This document shows, piece after piece, positions 55,132 through 64,000 of a DNA stretch of 64,000 bases (within the stretch, counting starts at the first letter, position 1; every line of letters begins with the position of its first letter). Below the pieces are notes generated by a model. That model worked only from the letters and a program-made list of their open reading frames with translations. It ran no database searches and was not told the DNA's origin. The position numbers and the translations under genes were made by a program. This DNA is from a bacterium. GTDB taxonomy: Bacteria; Krumholzibacteriota; Krumholzibacteriia; LZORAL124-64-63. The stretch is from NCBI GenBank assembly GCA_031441465.1, contig JANOEP010000066.1, positions 1 to 64,000 on the forward strand, written 5' to 3'.

Positions 55132-56674
55132 GATCCTGTGGGTCGACGACCAGATCGAGGAGCTGCGCTCCCACGTCGTGTACCTGACCGAGAAGGGCTA
55201 CCAGGTGGACGGCGTCAACAACGGGCGCGACGCCGTCGCCATGCTGGCCGGCGCGCGTTACGACGCGGTGCTGCTGGACGAGATGATGCCGGGCATGGGC
55301 GGCCTCGAGACGCTGGTCGAGATCAAGAAGGTGCGCGAGAGCGTGCCGGTGATCATGATCACCAAGAGCGAGGAGGAGGACCTGATGCGGCGCGCCATCG
55401 GCAGCCGCATCGACGACTACCTGGTCAAGCCGGTCTCCCCGCTGCAGATCGTGTCGGCGCTGAAGCGGCTGCTCGAGGGCCGCCGCATCCTGGGCGAGCA
55501 GGTCAACCGCGACTATCTCGCCCACTACGGCACCGTCGGCGGGCGCCTGGCCCGCGCGACCGCGCCGGGCGACTGGGAGTCGCTCTACGCGGACATGGTG
55601 GGCTGGGCGCTGGACCTCTACGCCTACAGCGACCACGGCCTGCTGCAGGTCCACGACGAGCAGCTCGCGGAGTGCAACCGGGCCTTCGCGCGCTTCGTCC
55701 GCGACAACTACGCGCGGTGGGTCGGCGGCGCCGCGGACGCGCCGCTGATGTGCCCCGACCTCTTCCGCACCTGGGTGGCGCCGGAGATCGAGACCGGCCG
55801 CCAGGTGTTCTGGATCGTCATCGACTGCATGCGGCTGGACCAGTGGCGCCACGTCGAGGACCTGCTGGAGCCCTACTACCACCTCGAGCGCCGGCAGTAC
55901 TGGTCGATCCTGCCCTCGGCGACGCCGTTCGCGCGCAACGCCCTGTTCGCCGGGCTCTACCCCCGCGAGATCGCCGCGCGCTACCCGGACTGGTGGCGCG
56001 GGTCGAGCCAGCAGCAGCATTCCAAGAACGCCCACGAGGACGAGCTGCTCGGCGAGCAGCTGCGCCGGCTGGGCTCCGCCGCGGCCAACAGCTACAAGTA
56101 CTACAAGGTGTTCGACGCCCGCGACAGCGACGACCTCCGCAAGCACGTCGGCTCGCTCGACGGCGTGCGCCTGGTGGCCGCCGTCTACAACTTCCTGGAC
56201 ATCATGGCCCACGGCCGGTCCCAGTCCGCGATCCTCAAGGAACTGGCGCCGGACGTGGCGGCCTTCCGTTCGCTGATGCGCAGCTGGTTCGAGCACTCCA
56301 CGCTCTACGAGGTGCTGAAGATGCTGGCGCGCCGCAACGTCACGGTCTTCATCACCACCGACCACGGCTCGACGTGCTGCACGCGGGCCACGACGGTCAA
56401 GGGCAACCGCGACACGAGTTCCAACGTGCGCTACAAGTACGGCGACAACCTCGGCGTGGACGAGAGGGCGGTCTTCCTGATCAAGGACCCGGAGAGCTGC
56501 ATGCTCCCGCGCCAGTCGACCATCGAGAACTACGCGGTCACGACCGAGAACGACTACCTGGTCTACCCCACCAACTTCCACGAGTACGAGCGCCTGTACC
56601 GCGGCAGCTTCCAGCACGGAGGCATCAGCCTCGAGGAGCTGATCATCCCGTTCGCGGTCCTGCGCCCGCGCTAG
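55118..56674 (+). CDS. porX: PorX-like response regulator (REC + PglZ/alkaline-phosphatase domain)
   Basis: LWVDD, LDEMMPG, ITKSEEE; ID.MR.DQW, SILPSAT..ARNA.F.G, NF.D..AH, TTDHG, FQHGGIS; followed by tsaE. Confidence 0.88.
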   Translation: MTPYRILWVDDQIEELRSHVVYLTEKGYQVDGVNNGRDAVAMLAGARYDAVLLDEMMPGMGGLETLVEIKKVRESVPVIMITKSEEEDLMRRAIGSRIDDYLVKPVSPLQIVSALKRLLEGRRILGEQVNRDYLAHYGTVGGRLARATAPGDWESLYADMVGWALDLYAYSDHGLLQVHDEQLAECNRAFARFVRDNYARWVGGAADAPLMCPDLFRTWVAPEIETGRQVFWIVIDCMRLDQWRHVEDLLEPYYHLERRQYWSILPSATPFARNALFAGLYPREIAARYPDWWRGSSQQQHSKNAHEDELLGEQLRRLGSAAANSYKYYKVFDARDSDDLRKHVGSLDGVRLVAAVYNFLDIMAHGRSQSAILKELAPDVAAFRSLMRSWFEHSTLYEVLKMLARRNVTVFITTDHGSTCCTRATTVKGNRDTSSNVRYKYGDNLGVDERAVFLIKDPESCMLPRQSTIENYAVTTENDYLVYPTNFHEYERLYRGSFQHGGISLEELIIPFAVLRPR

Positions 56675-56684
56675 GAGGCACGGC

Positions 56685-57194
56685 ATGGAGCACGTCCTGC
56701 CGGACCCCCGGGGATTCCCGGTCGCGGTGCGGACCGGATCGCCGGCGGCGTCCGACGCGCTGGGCGCACGGGCGGCGGGCCTGCTGCGCGGCGGCGAGAC
56801 GCTGCTGCTCTGGGGCCCGCTCGGCGCCGGCAAGACGACTTTCGCGCAGGGTCTCTGCCGCGGCCTCGGCATCGACGGGGAAGTGACGTCGCCCACCTTC
56901 GCCCTGGCCAACCGGCTCGAGGGCCGCCTCGTCGTCCACCACCTTGACTGTTACCGCCTCGGACCCGGCGACGACCTGCACGACATCGGCCTGGACGCGA
57001 TCCTCGACGAGGTCGAGTCCGGAAGCGCCGTCCTGCTCGCCGAGTGGCCCGACCCGCTGGTGCCCTGGCTCCGCGACCGGATCGAACTGCTGGCGACGCC
57101 GGGCGAAGAGCCGGAGTCGCGCGTCTGGCGGCTGCGCGGCGTGCCGGAATTGCCCGGTCCCTGGGCCGCGTTGGCGACGGGAGGCGACGGCTGA
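56685..57194 (+). CDS. tsaE: tRNA t6A biosynthesis ATPase
   Basis: G.LGAGKT, VTSPTF, H.D.YRL, EW. Confidence 0.95.
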   Translation: MEHVLPDPRGFPVAVRTGSPAASDALGARAAGLLRGGETLLLWGPLGAGKTTFAQGLCRGLGIDGEVTSPTFALANRLEGRLVVHHLDCYRLGPGDDLHDIGLDAILDEVESGSAVLLAEWPDPLVPWLRDRIELLATPGEEPESRVWRLRGVPELPGPWAALATGGDG

Positions 57195-57982
57195 TGCTGT
57201 GCCTGGCCCTGGACACCTCGACGCCCTCGGGCCGCTTCGCGCTGGCGGAGCACGGCCGGCTGGTCGGCTACCACCCGCGCAACGTGACCGGGAGCTACGC
57301 CAACGCGCTGCTCGCGGCCATCGACACGTTGTTGGCGGAGTCCGGCCGCGACCGTGCCGAACTTGGTGCTGTGGGGGTGTGCCGCGGGCCCGGCAGCTTC
57401 ACCGGCGTGCGCATCGGCGTGGCGACCGCCAAGGCCCTGGCCTTCGCCCTGCGCCTCCCGCTGTACGCAGTCTCCACGCTGGAGGCGATGGCCGCCGCGA
57501 TGCTGGCCGAGCGGCCGGACCGCGACTGGGCCGTGCCGGCGCTGGACGCGCGCCGCGGCGAGGTGTACGCCGGCGTCTACCGCCGCGACGGCGAGTGGGT
57601 CCGCGCCGCCGCCGAGCCCTGCGCGCTGACGGCCGCCGGCTGGTGGGAGCGGGCGCTGGCGGTCGTGGGCGACCCGGAGGCTCCGGTCTACGCCGGCAGC
57701 GGCACCGCTCCGCTGCTGGGCGAGGGGCCCGGGCTGCGTCCCGAACTCGCGGACCGCGGCGAACCCCGCCTGCGCAGCTGGAGCGCCGCGCACCCGCCCA
57801 CGGCCAAGGCCCTCGCACTGGTCATGGCGTCGCCCTCGCCCCGCCTCGAGACCGTCAACCCGTACACGCTGACCCCGTCGTACCTGCGCGCCTCGGACGC
57901 CGAGCTGCTGCGCGGGCTCGACCTCACGCCCGCGGCGCCGCCGCGCCGGCCGCCAGGCGGCGACGGCGTGCCGCCGTCATGA
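57194..57982 (+). CDS. tsaB: tRNA t6A biosynthesis protein
   Basis: LALDTS, GPGSFTGVRIG, DARRGEVY, P.YLR. Confidence 0.95.
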   Translation: MLCLALDTSTPSGRFALAEHGRLVGYHPRNVTGSYANALLAAIDTLLAESGRDRAELGAVGVCRGPGSFTGVRIGVATAKALAFALRLPLYAVSTLEAMAAAMLAERPDRDWAVPALDARRGEVYAGVYRRDGEWVRAAAEPCALTAAGWWERALAVVGDPEAPVYAGSGTAPLLGEGPGLRPELADRGEPRLRSWSAAHPPTAKALALVMASPSPRLETVNPYTLTPSYLRASDAELLRGLDLTPAAPPRRPPGGDGVPPS

Positions 57983-58431
57983 ACGGCGGCGATGAGATCC
58001 TGCTGCGGGAGGGCGTCCCGACCGACCTGCACGCGATCGCGCGGCTGGAGCGCTCCTGCTTCTCCGATCCCTGGCCCCAGGAAGCCCTGCTCTCCGAACT
58101 GCGCGTCGACCGCCTGCGGCGGCCGCTGGTCGCCGAAAACGACGGCACCGTGGTGGGTTTCCTGATGGCCTGGTCGGTCGCCGACGAGCTGCACATCATC
58201 AACCTCGCCGTGGACGAGGCCTGGCGGCGCCGGCACGTCGGCACGCGGCTGCTGGAAGCGGCGATCGAAGCCGGCCGCGGGGAAGGCAGCGTGCTGGCGA
58301 CGCTTGAGGTGCGCGCCGGCAACCTGCCGGCCCGGGCCTTCTACCAGCGGCACGGGTTCCTAGAAATCGGCCTGCGACGGCGCTACTACCAGGACGGCGA
58401 GGACGCCGTGATCATGACGCGCCAGCTGTAG
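57979..58431 (+). CDS. rimI: ribosomal protein S18 alanine N-acetyltransferase
   Basis: F..PW, E.HI.NLAV, LEVR..N..A..FY...GF..G.R..YY..GEDA. Confidence 0.92.
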   Translation: MNGGDEILLREGVPTDLHAIARLERSCFSDPWPQEALLSELRVDRLRRPLVAENDGTVVGFLMAWSVADELHIINLAVDEAWRRRHVGTRLLEAAIEAGRGEGSVLATLEVRAGNLPARAFYQRHGFLEIGLRRRYYQDGEDAVIMTRQL

Positions 58432-58474
58432 TTGACGCCGTGAGCTGGCTTTACGGCGAGTCGGGTTTTCCGCC

Positions 58475-58503
58475 TTGTCGCTGCCGGGACGAGACGTTAA
58501 TCT
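58475..58503 (+). promoter_or_regulatory. sigma70-type promoter for accD
   Basis: TTGTCG-N17-TAATCT. Confidence 0.45.
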
Positions 58504-58544
58504 GGACTGCCCGCTGGGGGAATCCGCACACCGAGGAGGCCGCC

Positions 58545-59426
58545 GTGTCTTGGATCGACCAGGCGAAGAAGGGCATCCGGGCCATCACGGCCGAGAAGAA
58601 GGAGATCCCTGACAACCTGTGGAGCAAGTGCCCGGCCTGCGCCGACGTGCTCTACCACCGCGAGCTGGCGCGCAACCTCTGGGTCTGCGGCAACTGCAAC
58701 CACCACCTGCGCCTGACCACCGAACAGTACCGGGACCTGCTCTGCGACCCCGGCACCTGGCAGGAGACCCACACCGGCATCACCTCCAAGGATCCCCTGG
58801 GGTTCAAGGACTCCAAGAGCTACGAGGAGCGGATCAAGGCCACGCTGAAGAAGACGGGCCGCGAGGACGCCATCGTGGTGGGCGGCGCCGAGATCGACGG
58901 TCTGCCGGTCCAACTCGGCATCATGGACTTCGACTTCATGGGCGGCAGCATGGGCTCGGTGGTCGGCGAGAAGATCGCCCGCATGCTCCTGGACGCCCTG
59001 CGCGAGCGGCAGGCCGCGATCATCGTGTCGCGCTCCGGCGGCGCGCGCATGCAGGAATCCCTGCTGTCGTTGATGCAGATGGCCAAGACCAGCGCCGTGC
59101 TCTCCCGCCTGCGCGAGGAGGGCATCCCCTTCATTTCGATCCTGACCAACCCGACCACCGGCGGCGTCACCGCCAGCTACGCCTCGCTCGGGGACGTGAA
59201 CATCGCGGAGCCGAAGGCGCTGATCGGCTTCGCCGGCCCCCGCGTGATCCAGCAGACCATCAACAGCGAGCTGCCCGAAGGCTTCCAGTCGTCCGAGTTC
59301 CTGCTCGAGCACGGCATGATCGACATGATCGTTCCGCGCAAGGAACTCCGGACCCGCCTGGCCGCGATCCTGCACTGGTTCGTCGACGACCGCGACGTCT
59401 CGGTCCCGCGCGCCGGTCTCGGTTGA
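58545..59426 (+). CDS. accD: acetyl-CoA carboxylase carboxyltransferase beta subunit
   Basis: W.KCP.C zinc finger, FMGGSMG, SGGARMQE, PTTGGV.AS, IGFAGPRV; GTG after GAGGAGG. Confidence 0.97.
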   Translation: MSWIDQAKKGIRAITAEKKEIPDNLWSKCPACADVLYHRELARNLWVCGNCNHHLRLTTEQYRDLLCDPGTWQETHTGITSKDPLGFKDSKSYEERIKATLKKTGREDAIVVGGAEIDGLPVQLGIMDFDFMGGSMGSVVGEKIARMLLDALRERQAAIIVSRSGGARMQESLLSLMQMAKTSAVLSRLREEGIPFISILTNPTTGGVTASYASLGDVNIAEPKALIGFAGPRVIQQTINSELPEGFQSSEFLLEHGMIDMIVPRKELRTRLAAILHWFVDDRDVSVPRAGLG

Positions 59427-59430
59427 CGGC

Positions 59431-60846
59431 ATGCCGCTGCGGCCCGACCCGACGCGCGACGGCGCCTCCCATCCAGGCGAACCCGGCATCGGGCCGGACT
59501 TCGCGCCGCCGTTCGCCCCCGACTCCGAGACGACCCGCTGGCTGTTCGACCTGAACCGGCTGGGCATCCGTCCCGGGTTGCGCCGGATCCGCGGCCTGCT
59601 CGACGAGCTCGGCCGCCCCGAGCAGGGCATGATCTCGCTCGTCGTGGCCGGCACCAACGGCAAGGGCAGCACGACGCGCCTGCTCGCGCGCCTGCTGCAG
59701 GAGGCGGGCTACCGCACGGCCTGCTACACCAGCCCCCACCTGCTCACCATGTACGAGCGGCTGGAAATCGACGGCGTGCCCGTCGACCGCGAGTATTTCC
59801 GCAGCCTCATCGAAGGGTTGCGCCCCGCGGTCGAACGCCACGAGGCGAGCTGGTTCGAGACCCTGACGGCCGCCTCGCTGGCCGCGGCGCGCGACCGCGG
59901 CGTGGAGGTCTTCTGCTGCGAGGCGGGCCTCGGCGGGCGGCTCGACGCCAGCAACGCGCTGCCGGCCGCGGCGATCCTGTTGACCGGCGTGTCGCTGGAC
60001 CACCAGGCGATCCTGGGCGAGACGATCGCGGCCATCGCCGCCGAGAAGCTCGGCCTGCTCAAGCCCGGCGTGCCGCTGTTCTGCGCCGTCGCCGACGAAC
60101 TCAAGGCCCAGGCCTTCGCCGCCGCCGTGGCCGCGGGCAGCCCGGCCCACTTCCTGGACGAACTGACGCGCTGCGAGGTCGGCGACGCGGGCTGGGACCT
60201 CACGACGCGGCGCGCCGTGTACCGCGGCCTGCCGTCCTATGCGGCGCCGGCGATGCGGCGCAACGCCGCCCTGGCGCTGCTCGCCCTGGAGGAGCTGGCC
60301 GCCGCCGGCGTGGTGCGCCCGACGCCCGATCCCGTCGGGGCGCTGTCCCGCGCCTTCCTGCCCGGCCGCTTCCAGCGCGTCCTGAGCGGGCCGGACTGGA
60401 TCCTGGACACCGCCCACAACGCCGAGGCGCTCGCCGTGTCGCTCGGGGCCTTCCTCGAGCGTCCCTGCGCGGGACGCCGCCTGGTCCTGTTCAGCGGGAT
60501 GATCGACAAGGACCCCGGCGACGAGACCGGCCGGCTGCTCGCGCGGACGGACCGGATCGTCCTGGCCCCGGTGTCGCTGCCCCGATCCCGGAACCCCGAA
60601 CAGTTGAAATCGTTGATGGACCGGTGGGGCCTCGCTGCGCATCATGGCGCCGTCGTGCTGGACGGCGTGGCGGCGGCGATCGACGACCTGGCGACTGCGG
60701 GGCCCGAAGACGCCGTCCTGGTCTGCGGTTCCTGCTTCCTCGTGGCCGAAGTCCTGCACGAATTGGGATACCGCTCCCTGGACGAGACCCGGTCGCCCCG
60801 CGACGCGGCCGCGGCGCTGGCCGCCCGCACGGAAGGACGCTCATGA
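59431..60846 (+). CDS. folC: folylpolyglutamate synthase/dihydrofolate synthase
   Basis: VAGTNGKGS, YTSPHL, E.GLGGRLDA.N, DH..ILG, PGRF, D.AHN. Confidence 0.94.
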   Translation: MPLRPDPTRDGASHPGEPGIGPDFAPPFAPDSETTRWLFDLNRLGIRPGLRRIRGLLDELGRPEQGMISLVVAGTNGKGSTTRLLARLLQEAGYRTACYTSPHLLTMYERLEIDGVPVDREYFRSLIEGLRPAVERHEASWFETLTAASLAAARDRGVEVFCCEAGLGGRLDASNALPAAAILLTGVSLDHQAILGETIAAIAAEKLGLLKPGVPLFCAVADELKAQAFAAAVAAGSPAHFLDELTRCEVGDAGWDLTTRRAVYRGLPSYAAPAMRRNAALALLALEELAAAGVVRPTPDPVGALSRAFLPGRFQRVLSGPDWILDTAHNAEALAVSLGAFLERPCAGRRLVLFSGMIDKDPGDETGRLLARTDRIVLAPVSLPRSRNPEQLKSLMDRWGLAAHHGAVVLDGVAAAIDDLATAGPEDAVLVCGSCFLVAEVLHELGYRSLDETRSPRDAAAALAARTEGRS

Positions 60847-61850
60847 ACCGTTCGCTGACCCTCGGCGCCGACGTCGGCGGGACGTACGTCAAGTACGCCC
60901 TGGGCGACGACGACGAACCGGGACGCTGGACGGGCGAGGTGCCCACCGATCCCGCGTCGCCCGCGGTCACGCTCGGGCGGCTCGCCGCGCGGATCACCGA
61001 GCTGCTGCCGCCCGGCGGCCGGGTGGGCGCCGCGGGGCTGGCCTGCGCGGGCATCGTCGACGTGCAGGCCGGCCGACTGGGCCGGGCGCCCAACCTGCCG
61101 GGCTGGGAAGGCGCCGATCTCGCGGGGTTGCTGCGCGCGGCGTTCCCCGGCGCCGCGATCGCGCTGGCCAACGACGTCAACGCCGCGCTGGCCGGCGAAG
61201 CCCGGTTCGGCGCGGGCAGGGACGGCGGGGCGCGGAGCGGCCGCGACTTGATCATGTTCGCCCTGGGCACCGGCGTCGGCGGGGCGGTGATGATCGAGGG
61301 GCGCCTGCTCGTCGGGCACCGCTTCGGCGCCGGCGAGTTCGGCCACATGATCCTCGATCCGACCGGTCCCCTCTGCGGCTGCGGGAACCGGGGTTGCCTC
61401 GAGGCCTATGCCGGCACCCGCGGCCTGCTCGCCGCCGCGCGCCGCCGCACCGCGGCGCCGGACTGCTCGCCGGGACTGCGCGCGCTGGCCGAGGACCGTG
61501 GCGAGGCGTTGACCACGCGCGACCTCGCCGATCTGGCTCCCGACGACTGCGACGCCGCGGCCTTGTTCCGCGAGGCGGGCGAACGCCTCGGCCAGGCCGT
61601 GGGCAACCTGTTGAACGTGCTGGACCCCGACCTGGTGATCATCGGCGGCGGCTTGGCCGCGGCCGGCGAGTTGCTGCTGGGCCCTTGCCGGGAGAAGGCC
61701 GCCGCGGTTGTCCTGTGCGCGGCGGCCCGGACCACCCCGATCGTGCCGGCGGAGCTGGGGTCCGCCGCGGCCGCGCTGGGCGCGGCCCACCTCGCCGCAG
61801 TCAACACGGTCGCCGCCCGCCCCGCCGACCAGGCGCGGGAGACGCCGTGA
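60843..61850 (+). CDS. ROK family sugar kinase (glucokinase-like)
   Basis: DVGGT, NDVNAA..GE, LGTGVGG, GEFGH, C.CG..GCLE. Confidence 0.93.
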   Translation: MNRSLTLGADVGGTYVKYALGDDDEPGRWTGEVPTDPASPAVTLGRLAARITELLPPGGRVGAAGLACAGIVDVQAGRLGRAPNLPGWEGADLAGLLRAAFPGAAIALANDVNAALAGEARFGAGRDGGARSGRDLIMFALGTGVGGAVMIEGRLLVGHRFGAGEFGHMILDPTGPLCGCGNRGCLEAYAGTRGLLAAARRRTAAPDCSPGLRALAEDRGEALTTRDLADLAPDDCDAAALFREAGERLGQAVGNLLNVLDPDLVIIGGGLAAAGELLLGPCREKAAAVVLCAAARTTPIVPAELGSAAAALGAAHLAAVNTVAARPADQARETP

Positions 61851-64000
61851 CCTGCGCGGCGCGGGGGCGATCCCTGATGGCGGCCGCCCTGCTCGTTCTG
61901 ACGGCGGCCGCGGCCACGCTGGCCGAATCGCCGCCGACGGCGGCGACCCGCACCCGCGCCGTGCGTCTGGTCCGCCTGTTCGAGGGCGGGCGGACCGTCA
62001 CGCACCTGACCGGCGACGTGCTGATCGAGCGCGACTCCCTGGCCGTGGCCAGCGACTCGGCCCTCTTCTACGACGAGGAACAACGGTACGACTTCTTCGG
62101 CCGCGTGCGCCTGACGCGCGGCGGCGCGGTGCTGACCTGCGACGAGGCGGCCTACGACGGCGGACTCCGCTCCGCCGACTTCCGGGGCAACGTGCGGCTG
62201 GTCGACGGCGCCGTCACGGCCACCTCGACGCGCGGCGAACTGCGCGACGACGGCGCCCTGCTGCGCCTGATCGGCGACGCCCGGCTGGTCGACCCCGGCT
62301 ATGTCGTCTTCGGCGACACCATCGTGCGCCGCGACGACGGCGGCCGCGGCGAGGCCACCGGCGCGGTGCGGCTCGTCGATCCCGGCAAGCAGAGCCTCGT
62401 GACGGGCGGCCGCGCCGTCTTCGATCGCGCCGACAGCGTGGTCGTGGTCGACCGCGCCCCGCACCTGACCATGCGCGAGCAGGGCGGCGATCCCCTGGAC
62501 GCCGACGCGCGCGTGATGACCTTCCACCGGTCCGAGAACCGGGTCGTGATGGTGGACAGCGTGAAGATCCGGCAGGGACGGACCCGCGCCTACGCCGACA
62601 CGGCGCACGTCCGCGGCCGCGAGCACGTCCTGCTGCGCGGCTCGCCGCGCGTCGAGGACGGCGACGGCAGCACCATGACGGCCGACGGGATCGAGTTCTT
62701 CTACGAGGACGGCGAGCTGGCGCGGGTCCTGCTCACCGGGACCGCGCGCGTGGAAGACAGCCGGCCCGCCGCCCTGGCCGAGCAGTACCGCGGCCTGCCG
62801 GCGCGCAACGAGTTGACCGGCGACGCCATCACCATCCACTTCACGGACGGCGAGCCCCACACCTCGGTCGTCGTCGGCCAGGCGCGCAGCGTCTACGTGC
62901 CGGAGGCGGACCGCGAGGAGATCGCCTGCAACGACGTCGCCGGCGACACCATCCTGATCGCCTTTCGCGACCGCAGGGTGGAGCGGGTCGACGTGCGCGG
63001 CGCCATGAGCGGCCGCTACGCCTTCGTGCGCTTGACCGAACTGGACGACCTGGCCGGCCGGACGGCCGCCGTCCTGGACAGCCTGGCCCCGGGCGGGCTG
63101 GATTCCCTGCTGGCGTCGCTGCCGGACAGCCTGCGCACCGGCGCGACGGCGGATTCGTTGCTCGCCGAAGCCCTCTCGCTGGCCGCCGGCCGGGGCGGGA
63201 TGACCGCGCTCGCGGCCGCGCTCGGCGACAGCACGGGGGGGGCGGCGCTGGTCGCGCGCGCCCTGGCCGCCGCGGCGGCCGACACGCTGGCCGACGGGCG
63301 CCGCGCGCTGGACTTCGCGGCGGCCAGCGAGAAGGTCGAATACACCGGCCGCACGGCCCTCTTCGACCTCGAGCGCAAGCGCATCGCGATCGCCGGTGAC
63401 AGCCGCATGGTCTACGGCTCGATGGACCTGAAGGCGGGCCGCATCCGCCTCGACCTGGCCGACCGCGAACTCTACGCCGCGGAGAACCCGTTGTTGGTCG
63501 ACAGCGGCCAGAAGATGGCCGGCGACGACATGGGCTACGACTTCGAGCACCGCACCGGCGCCGTGCTGTCCGGCGCCACGGCGATGGACGAGTTCTACTA
63601 CGTCGGCGACGAGATCAAGCGCTTCGACGACGGCACGCTCAAGATCCGCTCCGGCCGGATGACCTCCTGCGACCTGGCCGAACCGCACTACCACTTCTGG
63701 GCCGACAAGATGAAGGTCCGCCCCGGCGACAAGGTCGTCGCCAAGCCCATCGTGATGAAGATCGGCCATGTGCCGATCTTCGCGCTGCCCTTCTACTTCA
63801 AGTCGCTCCAGTCCGGCCGCCGCTCGGGGATCCTGTTCCCGAGCTTCAACTTCGGCTGGTCGCAGCGCACCGGACGCTACGTCCGCGACTGGGGCTACTA
63901 CTGGGCGGCGAGCGACTACACCGACCTCACGTTCCGCGGCGACTACAACGAACGCCGCGAGTTCACCTGGCAGCTGAGCAACCGCTACGTGAAGCGGTAC
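61847..64000 (+). CDS. lptD: LPS assembly protein LptD with long N-terminal OstA-like repeat region (runs off the window end)
   Basis: Frame from GTG 61847 appears open to the window end (absent from the ORF track; ends hand-translated); repeated G.V.L jellyroll units, then TSCD..EPHY, SGILFP, GYYWAASDYTD. Confidence 0.85.
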   Translation, partial: MTCAARGRSLMAAALLVLTAAAATLAESPPTAATRTRAVRLVRLFEGGRTVTHLTGDVLIERDSLAVASDSALFYDEEQRYDFFGRVRLTRGGAVLTCDEAAYDGGLRSADFRGNVRLVDGAVTATSTRGELRDDGALLRLIGDARLVDPGYVVFGDTIVRRDDGGRGEATGAVRLVDPGKQSLVTGGRAVFDRADSVVVVDRAPHLTMREQGGDPLDADARVMTFHRSENRVVMVDSVKIRQGRTRAYADTAHVRGREHVLLRGSPRVEDGDGSTMTADGIEFFYEDGELARVLLTGTARVEDSRPAALAEQYRGLPARNELTGDAITIHFTDGEPHTSVVVGQARSVYVPEADREEIACNDVAGDTILIAFRDRRVERVDVRGAMSGRYAFVRLTELDDLAGRTAAVLDSLAPGGLDSLLASLPDSLRTGATADSLLAEALSLAAGRGGMTALAAALGDSTGGAALVARALAAAAADTLADGRRALDFAAASEKVEYTGRTALFDLERKRIAIAGDSRMVYGSMDLKAGRIRLDLADRELYAAENPLLVDSGQKMAGDDMGYDFEHRTGAVLSGATAMDEFYYVGDEIKRFDDGTLKIRSGRMTSCDLAEPHYHFWADKMKVRPGDKVVAKPIVMKIGHVPIFALPFYFKSLQSGRRSGILFPSFNFGWSQRTGRYVRDWGYYWAASDYTDLTFRGDYNERREFTWQLSNRYVKRY

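Noticed and set aside
55118..56674. BREX defence system inferred from the PglZ domain
   Set aside because: PglZ is fused to a REC domain as in PorX, and no brxC, pglX or brxL is nearby.

Overview
This is a high-GC, gene-dense chromosomal window from a diderm bacterium. PorX/PorY, PorV/PorQ-like barrels, FlgD-type C-terminal domains and a Bacteroidota-style LptD suggest a non-Bacteroidota FCB-group lineage such as Ca. Krumholzibacteriota/Latescibacterota; this placement is inference only. About 56 CDS are supported. I saw no rRNA, tRNA, CRISPR array or transposase. Highlights: (1) a tightly coupled spt-bcerS-cerR operon ending in an Aur1/IPC-synthase-like PAP2 gene, convergent with an nfeD-SPFH pair; (2) a five-gene operon encoding a triple lamin-tail-like secreted protein, a PorV/PorQ-like barrel, an outer-membrane barrel with two ComEA-type HhH domains, a FadL-like barrel and a 5'-nucleotidase, which looks like an undescribed extracellular nucleic-acid capture/utilisation system; (3) adjacent porY-porX-tsaE; (4) a FabX/nitronate-monooxygenase-like hypothetical protein; (5) a single-ring ClpC-D2-like ATPase with an IGF loop; (6) an OstA-repeat/LptD fusion; (7) three sigma54-type promoters; (8) a lower-GC 14-repeat LVIVD gene. 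All assignments come from motif recognition by eye, with no database searches.
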